A stretch of DNA of 64,000 bases from Patescibacteria group bacterium. Its GTDB lineage: Bacteria; Patescibacteriota; Patescibacteriia; Magasanikbacterales; GWA2-37-8. Under the pieces are notes generated by a model, which had not been told where the DNA came from, made no database searches, and was given only the letters and a program-made list of their open reading frames with translations. Both the position numbers and the translations under genes were made by a program. Below, one piece after another: positions 59,001 through 64,000 of this stretch. The first letter of the stretch is position 1; each line of letters begins with the position of its first letter. The stretch covers positions 418,560-482,559 of the forward strand of contig JBAZUP010000001.1 of NCBI GenBank assembly GCA_041661385.1, written 5' to 3'.

Positions 59001-62000
59001 GCTTACCAGTGTCTTGAAACTACCGTCACTGTTTTCCTTGTAATTCACTGCCTGCGGTCGGTTCGCTGAATTATACACATACTGCACTTGTGAGTTATCC
59101 GGGTAGGTGATGTTGGTGTTATTTCCTAGTCGATCATAACTGTATTGAGTTACATAATTAACATTATTTATCTTCTTCGTTTCTTGCTTCAAATGTCCAT
59201 TACCGTCATAAACATTATTAACAATCGCGCCAGTTGAAGTGACCGAACAGAATTTACCAACACCATAAGTGCACCTATCATAACCATAAGTAACTTCAGT
59301 ACCGCTCTTGCCGGTATAATCTTCTGTTAATACTCGATTTAACTTGTCGTAAGTATAATTAACGGTTTGCTTATTTGGATCAACTTTTTGAGTTAGGTTG
59401 CCATTATTATCATAAACAAAAGTTGAGGTACCAAAAGTAGTATCACCTGAAGAGTGTAGATCTTCCACACCAACACGTCTACCAAGACCATCATAAGCAA
59501 AACTACGGACATTACTCAATGAATCTGTGACGCTGATCAAATTTCCAAGTCCGTTGTATGTGTAATTTGTGGTATAGGTGCTACCGTTATTTATTTCCTC
59601 AACTTTAACTAAATTGTCGTAGGCATCTTTATATAGATTCTTACTATTTCCATTAGCATCAGTTGCGGTCAGTTTCCAACGGTCATAAGAGTTGGTGGAA
59701 GTTCCAACCGAATCAATTGTTACAACAAGACGTAGCAGAGGATCATATAAATATGTTTTATATAATGACTGAGTGGTTGTCGCAGTTGTTGAAGCTGAAC
59801 CAGATGAGAAATACGGTAGAGATTCTTTTTCAATCGGACCACGCGATCCATATACGAAATCGGTGACTGAGTAATTACCCGAATCATCAACTCTTTGTCG
59901 TTTCTGAATTGTTCGGTCTAATCCATCGGTATACGCATAACTATCGGTAGTGGTTGCGTTATTTAAATAATCAGTTTGCTTAATTTGCCAACCAATTGAT
60001 TGTGGCGTGTACAAATATTCTGTTGATGTAACCAAGGTTGATGTGGTAGTGAGATCTGGTTTTAAAATCGCAACTACCCTATCTAAACCGTCAAATACTG
60101 TCTGATACTTAAGGTTATTTTGGTCGATTACCTGTTTAGGTTTACCATTTGAATAGTCATAAGACTTTATAACCTTGTAAGACAACGCATCGGTTGTGGT
60201 TGTTGGGTAAAGGTTATAGCTGTCATAGTTGTAGGTCGTTGTATTGCCCAAAGCATCGATATCACTGGTTACAAGGCCATAAGAATTGTATATTTTTTGA
60301 TTATTTATATAAGTCGTGCTGGTTTGCCATGATTCCTGCTTGGTCATATTTCCTTTTAAAACTACGCCGATGGTCGAGGTGTCATAATAATATCTGTCCT
60401 GTTTTACTTTAAGAGTGTTATAGTCGGAAACTAAAACTGATGACGGTAAACCAAGAATGTATGAGCTGGTATTAATTGCAAAGGTGTAATCAGTCGTGTA
60501 CGAATCTGTTCCCGTATCACTAAATGTGCCATCGTCATTCCCACTTACCTCGCCCCAATCTATTTGTTGCAACAAATTTCCGGTGCTGGTCGTGTTATAT
60601 GTGAAACTTTGAGCTTTATCTTTATGGGAAGCATTACCATCATATGTATAATCGACACTTTGCGTTTCAAAAACAAATCGCGAACTAGTACTTAAAACAG
60701 CTTCATCCCATTTATTAATATTTTTTGTAAAAAGACTTCCGTTTATATCGTATGTTTCGACACGATATGGCTTGTTGATTTTATAATAGCTATCATTATA
60801 TTCCCCATGCGATGAGTCGCTTGTATCACCCTGGTGATAATAGGTGCTTACATAATTCCCAAAACTGTCCGTCTTGGTAACTTTGTTAAATCCAGCAAAT
60901 TTACGATCTAAAGTGTTACCATAATATAATTTTCCACCTTCATATTTGAACGAGGATGAGTTAGTTGTACCCAAACCATCAAGGTTCCGAATTTGTAAAA
61001 CCGTATTTAAAACCATTGGCAAATTTGGGTTAGCTAAGTTTGAGCCAGTTCTATAAAAAGTAGTGGCCTGATAATCGACCAGGGTTATCCCGCCTGAGCT
61101 ATGTTTTACAGAAATCAATAAATCAGATGCTCTTTTGGTATTATTTAAATAAACATAATTTTGAATATAATCCTGTCTATACGCATTCCAACCATTTTTT
61201 AAAATATCTGGCAATCCATCTCCATTAATATCCATTATTCTTACACCTAGATCGTAAGTAGAGTTTGCAAAATTTTGCGGAGAACTCCACGAATTATCTG
61301 ATTGAAAACCAGTTCCAGTGTTTATATAACCACCGTTTTCCGGATTATCACTAGTATTATAATTAATTAATCCCCGGACTATAATGTCGTCAAGTCCATC
61401 ACCATTAATATCAGAAATTCTCGCACCGTAATCGACAGATTGATCCCATGGACCCATTGGATTATATATTTTAACCGGCTGACTAATAGAACTATCGCAC
61501 ACCCAACCGTGGCCATTGTTTAAACAAATACTTTTTTGATAACCTCCAGATGTATTGGTGCCTTGAATAATATCAACCAAACCATCACCATTTACATCGC
61601 CAAAAACGGTACCGTTGTCAATTACTGGAAGTGACCACTGTGGATCTGGAGAAACAAACAAACTACCATTATTTATGGCTACATAAGCAACCCAATGAAT
61701 AGAATCCGAACGGTATATATCAAGCAGACCATCCCCGTTTAAATCTACAAATCTAGTACCCAGGTCCCAACTATTATTTACCATATCGACAACCGGAAAC
61801 GAACCAGGAGGAGAAAAATTACTATCTATTGGTCCAAAATTTGTACCAGTGTTTGAGAAAGCCCATGAAGTTGGGGTTTGCTGAGCAATCCAAGACCCTA
61901 TGATATCGCTTAGTCCGTCACCATTATAATCAGCCACTCTTGATCCCATGTCGAAATTTGAAACACCAGAAGCATCATAAAATGCTCTAAACGAACCAAA

Positions 62001-63398
62001 AGTAGTGCTAGTAGTCCAAGTCCCATCACCATTATTAAAATAGACTAAACTTGTTGATGCTGCACCACCTGAAGATTGCCAAGAAGAAAGCACATCCTGA
62101 AGACCATCTCCGTTCGCATCTCCGAATTGATTACATACATTAATTCCTGCCTTAGTTAACCAGTTTCCATCTTGCGTCCAACCTGGAGTCGAAGTTGAAT
62201 AACTAAAAGTGGTAGTAGGTATCCTGGTTACAACCCCTAGATCATCCTGACCCTGCTCAGAAATCGTTGATAATAATGACCTATAGCCATTAGCCCCCGT
62301 TATATATTGCAAAAAATATTTTCTCAACCAACTCCCACTAATATTTACATCAATTTCATAAATTCTATAATTTGAAACTACCTTAAACCCCGTTTTATAT
62401 TGTTGCAGAGCATCACTGCGACTTTCTCTTAAGAAATTGACGGTGAATATCCCCTGCGTTGTGCTATTGACGGTATAGGTAATAGCCGAGGGATAAATTT
62501 GACCGCCATCTTTAAAATATTCGTATTTAATAAAATTATCATTCGTATCTCGTACTTCCTGTAGCATCCATTTATAAATATGACTTGTACTACTGGCGTC
62601 AAACTGCTGTGTTGACGTGTCCACTCCAAACTTATATATTGTTCCTTTTTTATCAGTTACAACCCAAGTACTTGAAGAATATGTGTATTTTAGAAAATCG
62701 CCATTTTCAACTTTTGCTTGATAAGTGGTGGTATTTATCTGAACTAGTTCATCACTTAAACTTGAAAAAAATGTCGAGGTTGCCGAATATAACCGGTCTA
62801 CCCCATATCGATTAATTAATTGAATATACGGAATATTTACACTCCAACCATAGCCAAAAACACTGGAATTGTCCGTGTCTTGACTGTTATAACGAAGTTT
62901 TATATCCGGTTGGAAACCGTTTCTTCCTGGCGGTATAATTATTGGATATTCATTAATAAAGGCACCCGAGCTTAAATCTACCCCTGGTAAATGAAATGTA
63001 TTTACCGGCTCAAGAAAACTCGCTGACACTGCCGAACCAGAAGTAAGCGTATTTTGTGTTATTGATTTTTTACTTACAGTGTTATCCTTAGCCGGCAAAC
63101 TATCTAAAGTTGATGGTTCGGTCGCCACATTATCAGGCACAATTGTCGTGGAATCAACGGGAGCTGTTGGTGTAATTTCCACAACTGGATCAGGATTAAT
63201 AATAGTAGTTTCAATTGGCTGGGGAGTTAGATCAGGCAAAGACACCAACGTATCTACACTTACTGTGAGTGAATCAGGTGTCGTTATTACAGGCTCATCA
63301 ACAGCCAAGACATTGGGTGCTGATAAAATAAAAAACGAAGTTAGCGCAACTGCGAATAACTTCGTCGTAATAAAACGATATCGTTTGTTTCCCTCCAT
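56046..63398 (-). CDS. secreted Rhs/YD-repeat protein: SpvB-like, FG-GAP/VCBS, TcdB-mid, YD repeats, Fn3-like with two CBM4/9-like modules, Rhs core, lytic-transglycosylase-like tip
   Basis: Signal peptide from MEGNK (63398); PPGRNGFQPDIKLRYNS and FGYGW; DxNGDGLxD repeats; RKFAGF; YDxxG repeats; NNPVVNKDPDG; tip AIMYEEQS...GVGVMQV...DPAKNIDAG...RYN. Confidence 0.9.
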   Translation of the reverse strand: MEGNKRYRFITTKLFAVALTSFFILSAPNVLAVDEPVITTPDSLTVSVDTLVSLPDLTPQPIETTIINPDPVVEITPTAPVDSTTIVPDNVATEPSTLDSLPAKDNTVSKKSITQNTLTSGSAVSASFLEPVNTFHLPGVDLSSGAFINEYPIIIPPGRNGFQPDIKLRYNSQDTDNSSVFGYGWSVNIPYIQLINRYGVDRLYSATSTFFSSLSDELVQINTTTYQAKVENGDFLKYTYSSSTWVVTDKKGTIYKFGVDTSTQQFDASSTSHIYKWMLQEVRDTNDNFIKYEYFKDGGQIYPSAITYTVNSTTQGIFTVNFLRESRSDALQQYKTGFKVVSNYRIYEIDVNISGSWLRKYFLQYITGANGYRSLLSTISEQGQDDLGVVTRIPTTTFSYSTSTPGWTQDGNWLTKAGINVCNQFGDANGDGLQDVLSSWQSSGGAASTSLVYFNNGDGTWTTSTTFGSFRAFYDASGVSNFDMGSRVADYNGDGLSDIIGSWIAQQTPTSWAFSNTGTNFGPIDSNFSPPGSFPVVDMVNNSWDLGTRFVDLNGDGLLDIYRSDSIHWVAYVAINNGSLFVSPDPQWSLPVIDNGTVFGDVNGDGLVDIIQGTNTSGGYQKSICLNNGHGWVCDSSISQPVKIYNPMGPWDQSVDYGARISDINGDGLDDIIVRGLINYNTSDNPENGGYINTGTGFQSDNSWSSPQNFANSTYDLGVRIMDINGDGLPDILKNGWNAYRQDYIQNYVYLNNTKRASDLLISVKHSSGGITLVDYQATTFYRTGSNLANPNLPMVLNTVLQIRNLDGLGTTNSSSFKYEGGKLYYGNTLDRKFAGFNKVTKTDSFGNYVSTYYHQGDTSDSSHGEYNDSYYKINKPYRVETYDINGSLFTKNINKWDEAVLSTSSRFVFETQSVDYTYDGNASHKDKAQSFTYNTTSTGNLLQQIDWGEVSGNDDGTFSDTGTDSYTTDYTFAINTSSYILGLPSSVLVSDYNTLKVKQDRYYYDTSTIGVVLKGNMTKQESWQTSTTYINNQKIYNSYGLVTSDIDALGNTTTYNYDSYNLYPTTTTDALSYKVIKSYDYSNGKPKQVIDQNNLKYQTVFDGLDRVVAILKPDLTTTSTLVTSTEYLYTPQSIGWQIKQTDYLNNATTTDSYAYTDGLDRTIQKRQRVDDSGNYSVTDFVYGSRGPIEKESLPYFSSGSASTTATTTQSLYKTYLYDPLLRLVVTIDSVGTSTNSYDRWKLTATDANGNSKNLYKDAYDNLVKVEEINNGSTYTTNYTYNGLGNLISVTDSLSNVRSFAYDGLGRRVGVEDLHSSGDTTFGTSTFVYDNNGNLTQKVDPNKQTVNYTYDKLNRVLTEDYTGKSGTEVTYGYDRCTYGVGKFCSVTSTGAIVNNVYDGNGHLKQETKKINNVNYVTQYSYDRLGNNTNITYPDNSQVQYVYNSANRPQAVNYKENSDGSFKTLVSNIIYSPLGQTAQITYPSGVTTTFTYDANRLYRLINKNTSLPTSSVGYYGEGLMPGAYYLINTSSSGVAGGPTAPRNMTVNGLAITQSIIYDDSFEGALLSVWKYWSATGTATLDCTASYTGNCSQQVTVPTGGNVWDSQLWQDLRVDNGMNYTVKFRAKANATTTITFGINQDHSPWSDYGLATGVSITPNWKQYTYSFTSNGTDELARVFYYLGASTSTIWFDDVEVIPDGLNMIKNQSFETSMNNWYAWSNGGTGQSTNSVDCTTSTTDGGCSNKTIVNYGGQAWQVQLAQNTAVATSTTYILSFDAKGTVSTTEAVAINQNHDAYSDLSYNTFLLNPAWKTYQFEITPSQGDSNVRLMFYLGSSTNTIWFDNVHFWPKQATKITSTPQFSALYESANTSTSATNYRIQVTQSGADFSAPLWDSGSQTLSPSIAVGARTPNIAYAGPAIPNNGMKYFWRIKFWDNLGNEGAWTNGRDYFYAPGNAIQNLSYAYDKVGNITQILDNSSTSTSKLNIYSYDNLNRLLSAKVTDAVKSGDYTQTYAYDALGNITNRSDVGDYSYLGYQGSSYANPDAVTAVGTTTFSYDKNGNMTSSSASILYTWDYRNQLATSTANRVTSTYLYDQDGNRVMYRKLGTGGTTTTYSNRYYSIVGNTSTKYIFVGSDLLATVEKNGSVSSTHFVHSDQLGSTNIITDSGANIIQAVDYYPYGAERINAGTASDKRKFIGQFTDDNSLSYLNARYYDSARGQFVSQDPVFGEIGLTSDGKDALLNPQAMNAYAYAGNNPVVNKDPDGRFWWYGFYDWSGYSGVSGFMMKTGEVFGGHERALEAIQQNQTTVNDASTKYGVSSNLTNAIMYEEQSHLQPDEVLGREQLFPNVGSGGVGVMQVSGKIGKEYGYNKAELARDPAKNIDAGVRNIAKEQGRSDSTALTASRYNYSPAKGVTSYGQRVQAQLNNPNYNRNIVTDIKNAVSIIKSIIKATKK

Positions 63399-63490
63399 AT
63401 ATTTAATAAATTTTCTTGTTCTAGATGAACAAATAACTGACCATAATATATACCCTTTTAAAACAACCTTGCAACTTAGGCTGTGGATAA

Positions 63491-63518
63491 CAAAAAACCG
63501 CCCCAAAAGGCGGTTTTA
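63491..63518. terminator. intrinsic terminator upstream of the Rhs gene
   Basis: AAAACCGCC-CCAAAA-GGCGGTTTT, T tract on the minus strand. Confidence 0.7.
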
Positions 63519-63527
63519 GGCTTAATT

Positions 63528-64000
63528 TTATTTCATGAGTTTAGTAGTCGCCACAATCTGGAAAAGCGCATCCGCCCTAACGACAGTTTTCATATCGTCT
63601 ATCTTTTGCCTTTTTGCCAAATTTAGACCGGTTTTTTCAATCAGTTCACGATTTTTTGCATTCATTTGGAAAGGTATTCCATATTCAAGTCCGCCCGTCG
63701 CCGGATCAACAAACATAATGCGCGTATTATTTATGAAAGCGATATATTTTGTTTGGTACTGCTGACGTTCGAGATTATAATCCACCACCACCACATAGGT
63801 GATACCGTTTAAAGTCATTCGATTTCCGCCAAACGCATAATAACCGTCAAAATTATTTTGCGACATGGCGCGATTGTATAAAATTAAATCTTCTTCCCAT
63901 TTATCACAGCCGGGTTTAGTATAATTATCACAAACTAAATCTTTGGGAGCATTCTTTTTTTCCAATAAATATGCATCCTTTGTTTTTGCTGAAAAATACA
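63528..64000 (-). CDS. hypothetical protein (3' part; starts beyond the right edge)
   Basis: Frame stays open to the window end (YFSAKTKDAYLLEKKNAP...). Confidence 0.6.
   Translation of the reverse strand, partial: YFSAKTKDAYLLEKKNAPKDLVCDNYTKPGCDKWEEDLILYNRAMSQNNFDGYYAFGGNRMTLNGITYVVVVDYNLERQQYQTKYIAFINNTRIMFVDPATGGLEYGIPFQMNAKNRELIEKTGLNLAKRQKIDDMKTVVRADALFQIVATTKLMK

Noticed and set aside
63399-63506. Extra 36 N-terminal codons of the Rhs ORF
   Set aside because: Overlap a terminator, DnaA box and promoter; the ATG at 63398 gives a proper signal peptide
1-64000. CRISPR array, cas genes, rRNA, transposases, reverse transcriptase
   Set aside because: No regularly spaced direct repeats or recognisable motifs seen by eye

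Overview
64 kb of bacterial chromosome in the standard genetic code, mostly minus-strand operons. Several features point to a Patescibacteria/CPR genome (inference): short AT-rich leaders with almost no Shine-Dalgarno motifs, archaeal-type PyrH, short AspS, truncated TsaB, DUF4012 and a lower-glycolysis gene block. Housekeeping content: tRNA-Ser(GCT), tRNA-Leu(GAG), frr, holB, mreB, rplJ/rplL with L10 leader, rpmB (missed by the ORF track), pyrH, ndk, argS, tyrS, valS, aspS, two gpmI, eno, pgk, scpAB, and a partial Dam-family methyltransferase at the left edge. Most interesting: (1) a six-gene cassette at 22.9-30.2 kb (amino-acid dehydrogenase, SAM methyltransferase, PaaK-like ligase, ThiF adenylyltransferase, nitroreductase-like oxidase, 7TM histidine kinase) that looks like a small-molecule signal synthesis plus sensing system; (2) two stand-alone structured RNA genes, each with its own promoter and terminator (18.6-18.8 kb and 32.0-32.2 kb); (3) a signal-peptide-bearing Rhs/Tc-shell protein of about 2450 aa with nested carbohydrate-binding modules and a lytic-transglycosylase-like tip, followed by an orphan Rhs module and candidate immunity genes; (4) a two-gene candidate defence module with a structured leader; (5) anti-tRNA fold-back elements behind both tRNAs; (6) a frameshifted sigma-70-like gene. 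All family calls come from motif recognition by eye, not from database searches.
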